DNA of 64,000 bases, from assembly GCA_965242525.1 (NCBI GenBank), contig OZ251459.1:2240001-2304000 (forward strand), given 5' to 3'. Origin of the DNA: an uncultured Candidatus Binatia bacterium (GTDB lineage: Bacteria; Desulfobacterota; Binatia; UBA9968; JAJDTQ01). Below are positions 29,834-50,886 of this stretch, one piece after another (positions within the stretch are counted from its first letter, which is position 1; every line of letters starts with the position of its first letter). The notes beneath the pieces are model-generated. The model searched no databases. It was given only the letters and a program-made list of their open reading frames with translations, and was not told the origin of the DNA. A program made the position numbers and the translations under genes.

Positions 29834-30466
29834 CTACCCCTTGACCGCCCGGCGGACCAGGACCGTCCCGCCGTTGGAGCCCGGTATGGAGCCCTTCACC
29901 AGCAGGAGGTTCTCCTCCGCACGGACCGCGACCACCCGGAGGTTCTGGATCGAGACCCTCTCGTTGCCCCAGTGCCCGGCCATCCTCTTCCCCTTGAACA
30001 CCTTGCCCGGATAGGAGCGGTTGCCGATGGAGCCCCCGTGCCGGAAGTACTCGTGGGTGCCGTGGGTGCGGGAGAAGCCGCCGAAGTCCCAGCGCTTCAT
30101 GACCCCGGCAAAGCCCCTGCCCTTGGAACGGCCGGTGACGTCCACCCGGTCCCCGGGCTGGACCAGGTCCGCCACCTTGAGCTCCTGGCCCACCTCGTAG
30201 GCGGACACGTCGTCCATACGGAACTCCCGCAGCACCCGGAAGGAACCCCTCTCCGCCTTGGCCATGTGGCCGCGCAGAGGACGGTTGACCCGCTGGCTCT
30301 TCTGGGTCCCGAAACCGAGCTGCAGCGCGTTGTACCCGTCCTTCGCCACTTCCTTCTTCTGCACCACCACGCAGGGGCCGGTCTCCACCACGGTCACGGG
30401 CACCACGTTGCCCGTGTCGTCGAAGAGCTGGCTCATGCCGACTTTCCTTCCGATGAGACCATTCAT
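29834..30466 (-). CDS. rplC: 50S ribosomal protein L3
   Basis: GRKVGMSQ...[12 protein letters not shown]...[10 protein letters not shown]. Confidence 0.98.
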   Translation of the reverse strand: MNGLIGRKVGMSQLFDDTGNVVPVTVVETGPCVVVQKKEVAKDGYNALQLGFGTQKSQRVNRPLRGHMAKAERGSFRVLREFRMDDVSAYEVGQELKVADLVQPGDRVDVTGRSKGRGFAGVMKRWDFGGFSRTHGTHEYFRHGGSIGNRSYPGKVFKGKRMAGHWGNERVSIQNLRVVAVRAEENLLLVKGSIPGSNGGTVLVRRAVKG

Positions 30467-30487
30467 TGGGAAGACGTCCCGACGCCG

Positions 30488-30792
30488 CTATTGCAGCTTG
30501 ATCTCCACGTCCACGCCCGCGGCCAAGTCCAGCTTTCCCAGGGCGTCGATGGTCTGCTGGGTGGGTTCGAGGATGTCCAGCAGCCTCTTGTGGGTGCGGA
30601 CCTCGAACTGCTCGCGCGACTTCTTGTCCACGTGCGGGGAGCGGTTCACCGTGAACCTCTCGATGCGCGTCGGGAGCGGGATGGGCCCGGCCACGCGCCC
30701 GCCGGTCCGCTTCACGGTCTCGACGATCTCCCCCACCGACTGGTCCAGCACCCGGTAGTCGTAGGCCTTGAGCCGAATGCGGATCTTCTCGT

Positions 30793-30796
<4 letters not shown>
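30488..30796 (-). CDS. rpsJ: 30S ribosomal protein S10
   Basis: IRIRLKAYD...[14 protein letters not shown]. Confidence 0.98.
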
Positions 30797-32874
<2,078 letters not shown>

Positions 32875-32902
32875 GTCTCGCGCAAGTCTCGCGTAACGGC
32901 GC

Positions 32903-32931
32903 AAAAAAGGAGGCGGTTCTACCGCCTCCTT
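32903..32931 (-). terminator. Intrinsic terminator-like hairpin between rpsG and fusA
   Basis: Minus strand AAGGAGGCGGT-AGA-ACCGCCTCC-TTTTTT. Confidence 0.7.
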
Positions 32932-32956
32932 CGTCGGACCGTTCTCTGCTCGGCAA

Positions 32957-33426
32957 CTACCAGCGGTAATGGGCAAAGGCGCGGTTCGCCTCGGCCATCC
33001 GGTGGGTGTCGTCTTTCCTCTTGACCGCGTTGCCGCGCTGGTTGGCGGCGTCCATCAACTCCCCGGCGAGCTTCTCGTCCATGGACTTCTCGCTCCGGGC
33101 CCTGGCCGCGCCGATCAGCCAGCGCAGGCTCAGGGAGAGCCGACGGTCCTGGCGCACCTCCACCGGCACCTGGTAGGTGGCGCCCCCCACCCGCCGGGAC
33201 CGCACCTCCACCATGGGCTTGGCGTTGTCGACGGCGCGCTTGAACACGCCCAGCGGCTCGGTGGTGGTCCGGGTGGCGATGATGTCCAGGGAGCGGTACA
33301 GGATGCCCTCGGCGATGCTCTTCTTGCCCCGGCTCATCATGTTGTTGATGAACCGGGTGACGAGCTTGTCCCCGTACTTGGGTCCGGCAACAGCTCCTTG
33401 CGCCTTGTTCCACCCTTGCGCGGCAT
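32957..33426 (-). CDS. rpsG: 30S ribosomal protein S7 with a 1-nt frameshift near 33381 (probably an assembly indel)
   Basis: [16 protein letters not shown] in one frame, [21 protein letters not shown]...AFAHYRW in another; span is 470 nt and 471 would give 156 aa. Confidence 0.95.
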
Positions 33427-33431
33427 TGTCC

Positions 33432-33803
33432 CTACTTCGGCCTCTTGGCTCCGTACTTGGACCGTCCCTGGCGGCGCTCCTGCACGCCGATGGAGTCCAG
33501 GGCGCCGCGGATGATGTGGTAGCGCACCCCCGGCAGGTCCTTGACCCTGCCGCCCCGGATCAGCACCACCGAATGCTCCTGCAGGTTGTGGCCCATGCCC
33601 GGTATGTAGGAAGTCACCTCCGTGCCGTTGGTCAGGCGCACCCGGGCCACCTTGCGCAACGCGGAGTTGGGCTTCTTCGGCGTGGAAGTATAGACCCGCG
33701 TGCAGACGCCTCGCTTCTGGGGGCAGCCCTGGAGCGCCGGAGCGGCGTTCTTCTGCCGCTGGATCTCGCGCCCCTTGCGCACCAGTTGGTTGATAGTGGG
33801 CAT
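33432..33803 (-). CDS. rpsL: 30S ribosomal protein S12
   Basis: MPTINQLVR...[10 protein letters not shown]...[10 protein letters not shown]. Confidence 0.98.
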   Translation of the reverse strand: MPTINQLVRKGREIQRQKNAAPALQGCPQKRGVCTRVYTSTPKKPNSALRKVARVRLTNGTEVTSYIPGMGHNLQEHSVVLIRGGRVKDLPGVRYHIIRGALDSIGVQERRQGRSKYGAKRPK

Positions 33804-33830
33804 ATTCCGTTTCCCGGTGACAAACCGCCA

Positions 33831-33859
33831 ATTCTATCGAAACTTCCGTGTGTTGTCAA
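33831..33859 (-). promoter_or_regulatory. Sigma70 promoter of the str operon
   Basis: TTGACA-N17-TAGAAT, with the -10 box 27 nt upstream of the rpsL ATG. Confidence 0.8.
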
Positions 33860-33862
33860 CCG

Positions 33863-37990
<4,128 letters not shown>

Positions 37991-38000
37991 GGGGGCCTCC

Positions 38001-42104
<4,104 letters not shown>

Positions 42105-42183
42105 GAGATCCCCTTTCGCTCGATCCCGACACGCCCGGCGCCGCCCGCCGGACCCCGCGTTCCGCCTGGGCCCGCTGCCCCGG

Positions 42184-42555
42184 CTACTTGACTTCGACCT
42201 GCCCGCCGACCTCCTCGATCTTCTTCTTGATGTCCTCGGCCTCGTCCTTGGAGACGCCGTCCTTGACGTTCTTCGGAGCGCCGTCCACCAGGTCCTTGGC
42301 CTCCTTCAGGCCCAGCCCGGTGATCTCCCGGACCACCTTGATGACCTGGATCTTCTTCTCGCCGGCGCCGGTCAGCACCGCGTCGAACTCGGTCTTCTCT
42401 TCCGCCGCGGCCGCTGCCGCCTGGGGCGCGGCCACCGCCACCGGAGCCGCGGCGCTGACCCCGAGCTCTTCCTCCAGCTCCTTGACCAGACTGGCCGCCT
42501 CCAGCAGAGACATGTTCTTGATGAAGTCCTTGACCTGCTCGCGATTCACTTCCAT
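42184..42555 (-). CDS. rplL: 50S ribosomal protein L7/L12
   Basis: EEKTEFD...[11 protein letters not shown]. Confidence 0.98.
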   Translation of the reverse strand: MEVNREQVKDFIKNMSLLEAASLVKELEEELGVSAAAPVAVAAPQAAAAAAEEKTEFDAVLTGAGEKKIQVIKVVREITGLGLKEAKDLVDGAPKNVKDGVSKDEAEDIKKKIEEVGGQVEVK

Positions 42556-42594
42556 TGGCGAACTCCCCCTTCCACTCGAATTACGAGACCTGAC

Positions 42595-43110
42595 CTACTC
42601 CTTGCCCTTCCGCAGCGTCTCCAGCAGGCGCGCCAGTCGGGCCCCCGGCTCCTGGACGGTGCGCAGCAACCGGCTGGCCGGGGCTTGCAGCAACGAAAGG
42701 ACCTGCGCCTGCATCTCGGGCAGGCTCGGCAGCGTGGCCAGGTCCCTGACCGCCACCGGCTCCAGCAGCGCGCCGTCGAGGATCGCCCCCTTGATGGTCA
42801 ACTCGGCGTTCTGCTCCGCGAACTTCACCAGGGCCTTCGACAGGTTCACCGGGTCGTCGTAGGCGAACGCCCAACCGTTGGGGCCGGACAGGAAGTCCTC
42901 CAGCGCCTGGTGCGCGGTGTCCCGGATGGCCAGCCTGACCAGGTTGTTCTTGGCGATGCGGTACTCTCCGGCCGCCTCGCGGACGTCGCGCCGGAGCTGC
43001 GTCATCTTGCCCACGGACAGGCCGCTGTAGTCCGTCACCACCGTCATGGCGGCGGTCCGGAACCGGTCCCGGAACTCGCCCACCACCGCCGTCTTTGCCT
43101 GTCGGTCCAC
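42595..43110 (-). CDS. rplJ: 50S ribosomal protein L10
   Basis: DYSGLSV...AKNNLV...LATLPS. Confidence 0.97.
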   Translation of the reverse strand: MDRQAKTAVVGEFRDRFRTAAMTVVTDYSGLSVGKMTQLRRDVREAAGEYRIAKNNLVRLAIRDTAHQALEDFLSGPNGWAFAYDDPVNLSKALVKFAEQNAELTIKGAILDGALLEPVAVRDLATLPSLPEMQAQVLSLLQAPASRLLRTVQEPGARLARLLETLRKGKE

Positions 43111-43139
43111 GCTGCTCTCCCGTCAACCCGAAAGTCGCC

Positions 43140-43844
43140 TCACACCGCCATGACCCGGACCTCCGCGGGATCGATCCTGACCCCGGGTCCCATGGTCGCG
43201 GCGATGGCCACGCTCTTGATGTAAGCGCCCTTGGCCGCGGCCGGCTTGGCCCGCACCAGGGCGCCCACCACCGCCATGGCGTTGTCCAGCAGCGCGCCGG
43301 GCTCGAAGGAGACCTTGCCGATGGGCAGATGGACGATGCCGGCCTTGTCCACCCGGTATTCGAGCCTTCCGGCCTTGATCTCCCGGACCGCCTTGCCGAT
43401 CTCCGCGGCCACGGTGCCGGACCGGGGGTTCGGCATCAGCCCGCGAGGGCCGAGGATCTTGCCGATGCGCCCCACCGACCCCATCATGTCGGGGGTCGCC
43501 ACCACCTTGTCGAAATCGAGCCAGCCCTCGGTGATCTTCTTGATCAGCTCGTCGTTGCCCACGAAGTCCGCGCCCGCTTCCTCCGCTTCCTTCTCCTTCT
43601 CGCCCCTGGCCAGGGCCAGGACCCGGATGGGCTTGCCGAGGCCGTGGGGAAGCCCCACCGCGCCGCGGATGTTCTGGTCCGCCCGCCGCGGGTCCACCCC
43701 GAGCCGGACGGACAACTCGACGGTCTCGTCGAACTTGGCGGTGGCGGTCTCCTTGAGCACCCGTATCCCCTCTTCCAGCGGATACTTCCGGCTCCGATCG
43801 ACCTTCCCGGCCACGCCCTGGTACTTCTTGCCCTTCGCTTTCAT
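43140..43844 (-). CDS. rplA: 50S ribosomal protein L1
   Basis: KFDETVE...[10 protein letters not shown]. Confidence 0.98.
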   Translation of the reverse strand: MKAKGKKYQGVAGKVDRSRKYPLEEGIRVLKETATAKFDETVELSVRLGVDPRRADQNIRGAVGLPHGLGKPIRVLALARGEKEKEAEEAGADFVGNDELIKKITEGWLDFDKVVATPDMMGSVGRIGKILGPRGLMPNPRSGTVAAEIGKAVREIKAGRLEYRVDKAGIVHLPIGKVSFEPGALLDNAMAVVGALVRAKPAAAKGAYIKSVAIAATMGPGVRIDPAEVRVMAV

Positions 43845-43856
43845 GGCGGCCCCCGA

Positions 43857-44279
43857 TCAGACAACCTTGAGTCCGAGGCTCCGGGCGGTGCCTTCGACGG
43901 TCTTGACCGCGGCCTCGATGCTGGCGCTGGTCAGGTCGGCCATCTTGATCCGGGCGATGTCCTGGACCTGCGCCCTGGTCACCTGGCCCACCGTGGCCTT
44001 GCCCGGCTCCTGGGCACCCTTCTCCAGCCCCGCGGCCTTCTTCAGCAACACCGCGGCCGGAGGGGTCTTGGTCACGAAGCTGAAGGTCCGGTCGGCATAG
44101 ACCGTGATGATGACCGGTATGATCATGCCGGGCTGGTTCTCGGTGGCGGCATTGAACGCCTTGCAGAACTCCATGATGTTCACGCCCCTCTGGCCCAGGG
44201 CAGGACCCACCGGCGGGCTGGGGTTCGCCTTCCCCGCGGGTATCTGCAACTTGATCTCGCCGATCACCTTCTTGGCCAT
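43857..44279 (-). CDS. rplK: 50S ribosomal protein L11
   Basis: [16 protein letters not shown]. Confidence 0.98.
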   Translation of the reverse strand: MAKKVIGEIKLQIPAGKANPSPPVGPALGQRGVNIMEFCKAFNAATENQPGMIIPVIITVYADRTFSFVTKTPPAAVLLKKAAGLEKGAQEPGKATVGQVTRAQVQDIARIKMADLTSASIEAAVKTVEGTARSLGLKVV

Positions 44280-44292
44280 GGCCCAACTCCTC

Positions 44293-44826
44293 CTAGCTAC
44301 GCTCCACCTGGATGAAGTCCAGCTCCACCGGGGTCGCCCGGCCGAAGATGCTGATGAGCACCCGCAGCTTGCCCTTGTCGGCCTTCACTTCCTCGACCAC
44401 GCCGTTGAACTCGGAGAAGGGTCCGTCGATGACCTTGATGTTCTCGCCCACCGTGAAGACCACTCGCGGCCGCGGCCGTACCGCCCCCTCCTCCATCTGC
44501 TGGGTGATGGTCCGCACCTCGTCCTCGCTGATCCACGGCGGCTGCGTGCTGCCGCCCACGAAACCGGTGACCTTGGGGGTCGATTTGACCACGTGCCAGG
44601 TCTCGTCGTCCATCTCCATCTGGACCAGCATGTAGCCGGGAAAGAACTTCCTGGACGAAGTGCGCTTCTTGCCCTTCACCAGCTCCACGACCTTCTCGGC
44701 CGGCACGAGGATCTCGCCGAACCGGTCGCCGTCGTCCTGCAACGCCTTGATCCGCTCCTCCAGAGCGGCCTTGGCCTTGTGCTCGAACCCCGCGAACGTA
44801 TGGACCACGTACCAGTTCTTTGCCAT
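44293..44826 (-). CDS. nusG: Transcription termination/antitermination factor NusG
   Basis: WYVVHTFAG...FFPGY...DGPF...[10 protein letters not shown]. Confidence 0.98.
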   Translation of the reverse strand: MAKNWYVVHTFAGFEHKAKAALEERIKALQDDGDRFGEILVPAEKVVELVKGKKRTSSRKFFPGYMLVQMEMDDETWHVVKSTPKVTGFVGGSTQPPWISEDEVRTITQQMEEGAVRPRPRVVFTVGENIKVIDGPFSEFNGVVEEVKADKGKLRVLISIFGRATPVELDFIQVERS

Positions 44827-44843
44827 GGAGACACCCGGTCGCG

Positions 44844-45056
44844 TCAGCGCAACAGCCACTGCCTGGCGTAGGAGAGCAGGAAATCGACGAGCCCGAGGTA
44901 GATGGCGAAGAAGATCACCACCAGCACCACCACCCACGTGGCCGAGAAGGTCTCCTTCCGGGTGGGCCAGTGGACCTTCTTCAACTCCTGCCACGCCTCC
45001 CGGACGAAGGCGGTCAGACGCCCCACGGACGCGAACGAGTCAGTCAGTTTGTCCAT
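44844..45056 (-). CDS. secE: Preprotein translocase SecE
   Basis: ELKKVHWPTRKE followed by a TM helix. Confidence 0.95.
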   Translation of the reverse strand: MDKLTDSFASVGRLTAFVREAWQELKKVHWPTRKETFSATWVVVLVVIFFAIYLGLVDFLLSYARQWLLR

Positions 45057-45070
45057 CGTCGGCGACGAAC

Positions 45071-45147
45071 TGGCGGGTCAGGCAGGACTCGAACCTGCAA
45101 CGGCCGGATTTGGAGTCCGGTGCTCTACCAATTGGAGCTACTGACCC
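45071..45147 (-). tRNA. tRNA-Trp(CCA)
   Basis: Cloverleaf, CCGGA-CTCCAAA-TCCGG, 3' CCA. Confidence 0.97.
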
Positions 45148-45159
45148 GGCTCGACGGAC

Positions 45160-45312
45160 TCAGACCCTGATTTCCTTGTGCGCCGTGTGGGTGCGGCAGC
45201 GCGCGCAGAACTTCTTGAATTCGAGCTTGTCCGTGGTCCTCTTCTTGTTCTTGCTGGTGGTGTAGTTCTTGCGCTTGCAGCGGTCGCAGGCGAGCCCAAC
45301 CAGGTCACGCAT
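45160..45312 (-). CDS. rpmG: 50S ribosomal protein L33 (zinc-binding type); not in the ORF track
   Basis: Manual translation MRDLVGLACDRCKRKNYTTSKNKKRTTDKLEFKKFCARCRTHTAHKEIRV. Confidence 0.97.
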   Translation of the reverse strand: MRDLVGLACDRCKRKNYTTSKNKKRTTDKLEFKKFCARCRTHTAHKEIRV

Positions 45313-45325
45313 CTTTCACCTCCGC

Positions 45326-46516
<1,191 letters not shown>

Positions 46517-46571
46517 CTTCTCCTCCTGTGCAATGTCTCTCGCAGTCGTTCCATCCTTCATGAACGGGGAA

Positions 46572-46644
46572 AGCCCAGGAGCGGGCTTGAACCGCCGACC
46601 TCGTCCTTACCAAGGACGTGCTCTACCGACTGAGCTACCTGGGC
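46572..46644 (-). tRNA. tRNA-Thr(GGT), CCA not encoded
   Basis: CGTCC-TTGGTAA-GGACG anticodon arm. Confidence 0.96.
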
Positions 46645-46865
46645 ATGGGGTCCCGCGGCGAGAGCGGCCGCTGCCGGCGTCTCCCGCCCGCGGATCTGTC
46701 TTCCAACGGGTTCCGATGGCCGTACCGGCGCCCGGGGCGTGCGCTCCGCAAAGGCCCGACGAACCACCGCCCCGTCCTCCTGCCGCCGGCATCGATCCCT
46801 CCGCCGTGCCGACGGCGCGCCGCACCTTGCAGACAAGATCCCCTGGCTACCGCACCCATCGACTT

Positions 46866-46942
46866 TGGAGCGGGAAACGGGATTCGAACCCGCGACCCCG
46901 AGCTTGGAAGGCTCGTGCTCTAGCCAACTGAGCTATTCCCGC
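46866..46942 (-). tRNA. tRNA-Gly(TCC)
   Basis: CGAGC-CTTCCAA-GCTCG, 3' CCA. Confidence 0.97.
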
Positions 46943-46979
46943 AAACGATGACTCCCGTTGCTTCGAGTCTTTCGACTGG

Positions 46980-47065
46980 TGGTGGAGAGGGGAGGATTCG
47001 AACCTCCGAAGCCGATCGGCGGCAGATTTACAGTCTGCTCCCTTTGTCCACTCGGGAACCTCTCC
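46980..47065 (-). tRNA. tRNA-Tyr(GTA)
   Basis: GCAGA-CTGTAAA-TCTGC, long variable arm, 3' CCA. Confidence 0.97.
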
Positions 47066-47140
47066 CTAGCTCCCCTGATCGAGCCCCCGCGCCGAGCGAA
47101 ACGGCCCGGACGGACCTCGTTCCGGGTAGAACCCATCTCT

Positions 47141-47215
47141 TGGAGCTGGCGATAGGAATCGAACCTACAACCTGCTGATTACAAATCAGCTGCTCTACCG
47201 TTGAGCTACGCCAGC
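47141..47215 (-). tRNA. tRNA-Thr(TGT)
   Basis: GCTGA-TTTGTAA-TCAGC, 3' CCA. Confidence 0.97.
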
Positions 47216-47301
47216 GGAGCGCCGCCGCACGATCAGGAACAAAAAGCCACACTTACCCTGTCCCTCTTTCGGAAAACAGGGCAGCCGTGGACACGTGGAC
47301 G

Positions 47302-47331
47302 CTTTTAAGCATTTATGGACGAGGATGTCAA
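47302..47331 (-). promoter_or_regulatory. Possible promoter of the tRNA-tuf operon
   Basis: TTGACA overlapping the rlmB stop, then an AT-rich TTAAAA 17 nt downstream; the -10 is non-consensus. Confidence 0.45.
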
Positions 47332-48125
47332 CGGGGGGAGGCCGGAACGGCGCCGATTCGCTGCCTCGTCCACTCATGGGCGAAGATTCCCCAGGCCACC
47401 CCGACGTTCAACGACCCGGTCTGACCCTGCATGGGGATGGAGACCAGGTAATCGCAACTGCGCCGGACCAACGGCCGGATGCCGCGCCCCTCCCCGCCCA
47501 GGACCACCGCCAGCTTCTCCGGGTACGCCGGACCGGAAACCTTGTCCACGGCGCGGGCGTCGAGGCCCACCAGCCAGTAGCCCTTGTCCCGCAGCGCGAG
47601 GAGCCCGCGGGAGAGGTTGGAGATACGGTAAACCTCCACGTGGTGCGCCGCTCCCGCGGACGCCTTGATCACCGTCCCGGTGACCCCCGCGGCCCGGTCC
47701 TTCGGGACCACCACGTCGCGGACCCCCATGGCCTCGGAAGTGCGCAGGATGCCGCCAAGGTTGCGCGGGTCCATCACTCCGTCCAGGAACAGCACGCAGT
47801 GGGCGGCCCCGGGAGGCGGCGCCGCCAGCAGCGCCTCGAAGGAGCCGTATGCGAACGGCGCCACCCGGGCGGCGACCCCCTGGTGCTTCGCGCCCCGGGT
47901 CAAGGCGTCCAGCGCCCGCGCATCGGTCTCCGAGACCCGGCAGCCCTCCTGCCGGGCCGCCTGCTCCACCCTGCGCAGCGCAGGACCGCGGCTGCCCGCG
48001 GCCAGCAGCACTTCGACGACGTCGCCGGGCGCCGCCCGGAGCTTTTCCAGCACGGGATGGACCCCGTGGAGCAACGCGGGGTCCCGCGGGCCGCGGCCTC
48101 GGGGGATCTGGATTGAGGAATCCAT
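47328..48125 (-). CDS. rlmB: 23S rRNA Gm2251 methyltransferase (TrmH/SpoU family)
   Basis: HQGVAA, DPRNLGGILRT, KASAGA, GGEGRGIR, SLNVGVA. Confidence 0.93.
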   Translation of the reverse strand: MDSSIQIPRGRGPRDPALLHGVHPVLEKLRAAPGDVVEVLLAAGSRGPALRRVEQAARQEGCRVSETDARALDALTRGAKHQGVAARVAPFAYGSFEALLAAPPPGAAHCVLFLDGVMDPRNLGGILRTSEAMGVRDVVVPKDRAAGVTGTVIKASAGAAHHVEVYRISNLSRGLLALRDKGYWLVGLDARAVDKVSGPAYPEKLAVVLGGEGRGIRPLVRRSCDYLVSIPMQGQTGSLNVGVAWGIFAHEWTRQRIGAVPASPR

Positions 48126-48148
48126 CAAAGAAAGCTACCATTGCCGGT

Positions 48149-49339
48149 GTGCATCGGACCTTGAGCTTCTATGTAGCCGGTCGGATCGTCCCGCCTTTCC
48201 TGGTCAGCCTGCTGGCCTTCACCCTCGTATTCCTGACCGGCCACATGCTGCGGCTCACCGAGCTCGTGGTCAGCCGCGGCGCGCCCGTGGGCCGGGTGGC
48301 GGGCCTGTTCGCCCTCGTCCTGCCGACGCTCCTGGAGACCACCCTGCCCATGGCCTTCCTGCTGGGGATACTCCACGGTTGCGGACGCCTTTCCCGGAAC
48401 GGGGAGACCCTGGCCTTCGAGGCCTGCGGCGTGGGACCCTTCCACTTCCTCGCGCCGGTGGCGCTCGTGGCGCTGCCGGTGGCGCTGCTGACCCTGGGCC
48501 TGTCGCTCTTCGTCCGCCCCGCGGCGAACCTCGCCGTGAAGGAAGAGATCCGTGCCGCGGCCCGGAGCGGGGCCGGGGCGCTGCTCAAGGAGAAGGTGTT
48601 CAACGACCTCGTTCCCGACGTGCTGATCTACGTGGACGAGGTGGTCCCCCCGGGCAACTCCTTCCGGCGCGTGCTGATCGTCGACCAGAGGGACGGGGCC
48701 GCGGAGAACTTTATCATCGGGAAAGCCGCGCTGCTACTTTCCGACGCCGAGAGCGACTCCCTGGGCTTGCGGTTGTTCGACGGCGCGGTCCACGAGCGGC
48801 GGAGGTCCGGGTTCAGCCAGACGTCGTTCCGCACCTACGACCTGCGCCTGGAACTGGACCGCCTGCTGTCGCCGCAGGAATTGGGGGCCCGGCGCCCCGA
48901 GGAGATGCCGCTGCCGCTGCTGCGCGAGGCCATCCGGTCCAAGTCCGCCCGGGGACTCGACGCCGCCCCGGAGGTCATGGAAGCGCATCGGCGGTTCGCC
49001 TTCCCGGCCGCGCCGCTGGTCTTCGCCCTGCTGGGCACCGCCATCGTCCTGGCCCCCAGCCGACCGTCGTCCGGGCGTTCCCGGGGGCTGCTCTCGTGCC
49101 TCGCCTGGCTGTTGGCCTACTACGCCCTGCTCTCGGTGGGCGCCGCCCTGGGGGAGAACGGCAAGGTCCCGCCGTGGCTCGCCCCGTGGCTGCCCAACCT
49201 GGTGGTGGGACTCACCGCGGCGTACCTGTTCGCCAGGACCCTGACCGAGACGCCATCTCCCTGGAACGCCAGGGCCGCGAACTGGCTTCGGACCCTGCGC
49301 CGGACCACCCCGGCGGGACGCGAGAGCCCGGCGAAATGA
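48149..49339 (+). CDS. lptF: LPS export ABC transporter permease LptF
   Basis: GTG start; TLPMAFLLGIL...GRLSRNGETLAFEACGV; EAHRRFAFP; WLPNL. Confidence 0.9.
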   Translation: MHRTLSFYVAGRIVPPFLVSLLAFTLVFLTGHMLRLTELVVSRGAPVGRVAGLFALVLPTLLETTLPMAFLLGILHGCGRLSRNGETLAFEACGVGPFHFLAPVALVALPVALLTLGLSLFVRPAANLAVKEEIRAAARSGAGALLKEKVFNDLVPDVLIYVDEVVPPGNSFRRVLIVDQRDGAAENFIIGKAALLLSDAESDSLGLRLFDGAVHERRRSGFSQTSFRTYDLRLELDRLLSPQELGARRPEEMPLPLLREAIRSKSARGLDAAPEVMEAHRRFAFPAAPLVFALLGTAIVLAPSRPSSGRSRGLLSCLAWLLAYYALLSVGAALGENGKVPPWLAPWLPNLVVGLTAAYLFARTLTETPSPWNARAANWLRTLRRTTPAGRESPAK

Positions 49340-50457
49340 GCTTCTCCAGGGCGCTCCTCCCCCGGGGCCCGCGGCTGGACCCTCCGCTGGGCAGCGCCGT
49401 GGACCGGTACTTGCTGCGGCGGTTCGCGGTCGCCTTCCTCGGGGCGCTGGCGGCGGCGGCGCTGCTGAACCTCCTGGGCGACGTCCTGAACCGCGTGGAC
49501 AACCTGATGGCGCAGGAGGCCGCGCTCTCCACCGCGGTCCGGTACTTCCTCTACCGGCTGCCGCTGACGGTCTCCCGGGTCATGGGCTTCGCGGCGTTGT
49601 TCGCCGCGTTCCTGACCCTGGGCTCGCTGGCCCGGCGGAACGAGCTGACGGCCCTCCAGGCCGGCGGCCTCAGCCTGCACCGCATCACCCTGCCGTTCCT
49701 GCTGGCCGCCCTGGGCGTCAGCGCCGCCGCCTTCTTCTGGAACGAGACCGTTGCGCCCTCCGCCACCCGGAAGGCCAAGCACATCTACGACGTGGAGGTG
49801 CACGAGAGGGAACGGCGGTCGGTCTTCGGCAACGACGCGATATGGATGCGGAGCAACGACGCGTTCCTGCGGGCCGACGACTTCGACGCCCGGGAGAACC
49901 GGCTCCGGGGACTGGTCCTGTACCGGCTCACCCCGGATTTCTCCTTCGCCGGGATCATCGAGACGCCCGCGGCGAGCTGGAACGGCGCCCATTGGGTCCC
50001 CCACGGAGGCGCCGAATGGCGCCTGCTGGAGGACGGCTCCCTCAGCCGACGCCCCCTCGGGGCCCGGCTGCCCCTGGACCGGCGGCCCAAGGACTTCCGG
50101 GTCTTCGCCCGCTCGCCCGACGAGTTCGGCTACTTCGAGCTGAGGGAACGGATCGGGAACCTGCAGGACAAAGGCGTGGACACGGTGCGCGACCAGGTGG
50201 ACCTGTACACCAAGCTGGCCATACCGCTGGCCATGCCGTTCACCGTCCTCCTGGCCGCGGCCTTCGCGGTGAAGCGAAGGGGCGGTCTCGCGCTGAACTT
50301 CGCCCTGACCCTGGCCATCGGGTTCTCCTACTGGGTGCTGCTGGGCTTCTGCGTGTCGCTGGGCAAGGCGGGAGCCATGCCCCCCTGGCTTTCGGCCTGG
50401 CTGGCCAACGTGATCGTGGGGTTGCTGAGCCTGTTCCTGTACACGGGCTCGGAGTGA
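49336..50457 (+). CDS. lptG: LPS export ABC transporter permease LptG
   Basis: DRYLLRRF; LARRNELTALQAGGLS; KLAIP; SAWLAN. Confidence 0.9.
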   Translation: MSFSRALLPRGPRLDPPLGSAVDRYLLRRFAVAFLGALAAAALLNLLGDVLNRVDNLMAQEAALSTAVRYFLYRLPLTVSRVMGFAALFAAFLTLGSLARRNELTALQAGGLSLHRITLPFLLAALGVSAAAFFWNETVAPSATRKAKHIYDVEVHERERRSVFGNDAIWMRSNDAFLRADDFDARENRLRGLVLYRLTPDFSFAGIIETPAASWNGAHWVPHGGAEWRLLEDGSLSRRPLGARLPLDRRPKDFRVFARSPDEFGYFELRERIGNLQDKGVDTVRDQVDLYTKLAIPLAMPFTVLLAAAFAVKRRGGLALNFALTLAIGFSYWVLLGFCVSLGKAGAMPPWLSAWLANVIVGLLSLFLYTGSE

Positions 50458-50482
50458 ACGGTGTGGGCGGTCGAACTGGGGA

Positions 50483-50875
50483 TCAGCGCTTGGAGAACTG
50501 CGGCCGCTTCCGCGCCTTGTGCTTGCCGTACTTCTTGCGTTCCACCGCCCGGGGGTCCCGGGTGACGTAACCCGCCTTCTTCAGGGGAGCGCGGAAGCCC
50601 TGGTCCACTTGCATCAGGGCCCGCGTGATCCCGTGCCGGATGGCGCCGGCCTGGCCGGAAATCCCGCCGCCCTTGACGTTCACGACGATGTCGTAGTCCC
50701 CCAGAGTGCGGGTCACGTGGAAGGGCTGCCGGACGATCATCCTCGCGGTCTCACGACCGAAGTAGTCTTCCAGCACCCGGTGGTTGATGCGGATGTCGCC
50801 CTTGCCGCGCTTCAGGTAGATCCGCGCCACCGAGGTTTTCCGTCTGCCCGTCGCGCAAATGAACTCGTCAGCCAT
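50483..50875 (-). CDS. rpsI: 30S ribosomal protein S9
   Basis: [10 protein letters not shown]...[10 protein letters not shown]...PQFSKR. Confidence 0.98.
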   Translation of the reverse strand: MADEFICATGRRKTSVARIYLKRGKGDIRINHRVLEDYFGRETARMIVRQPFHVTRTLGDYDIVVNVKGGGISGQAGAIRHGITRALMQVDQGFRAPLKKAGYVTRDPRAVERKKYGKHKARKRPQFSKR

Positions 50876-50886
50876 GACGTCGACCT

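Noticed and set aside
29800-29834. Slightly short N-terminus of L4
   Set aside because: The start is 3 nt after the rplC stop and all core motifs are intact; this is within normal variation.
33370-33390. Programmed frameshift or true pseudogene in rpsG
   Set aside because: No recognisable recoding signal; a single-base loss in a short homopolymer of an essential gene is best explained as a sequencing error.
46645-46865. 220-bp GC-rich spacer between tRNA-Gly and tRNA-Thr as a possible ncRNA
   Set aside because: No recognisable motif or convincing structure beyond what high GC gives by chance.
47665-50457. 930-aa ORF suggesting an LptF-LptG fusion
   Set aside because: lptF and lptG are in different frames with an ATGA overlap; the upstream part is a shadow frame.
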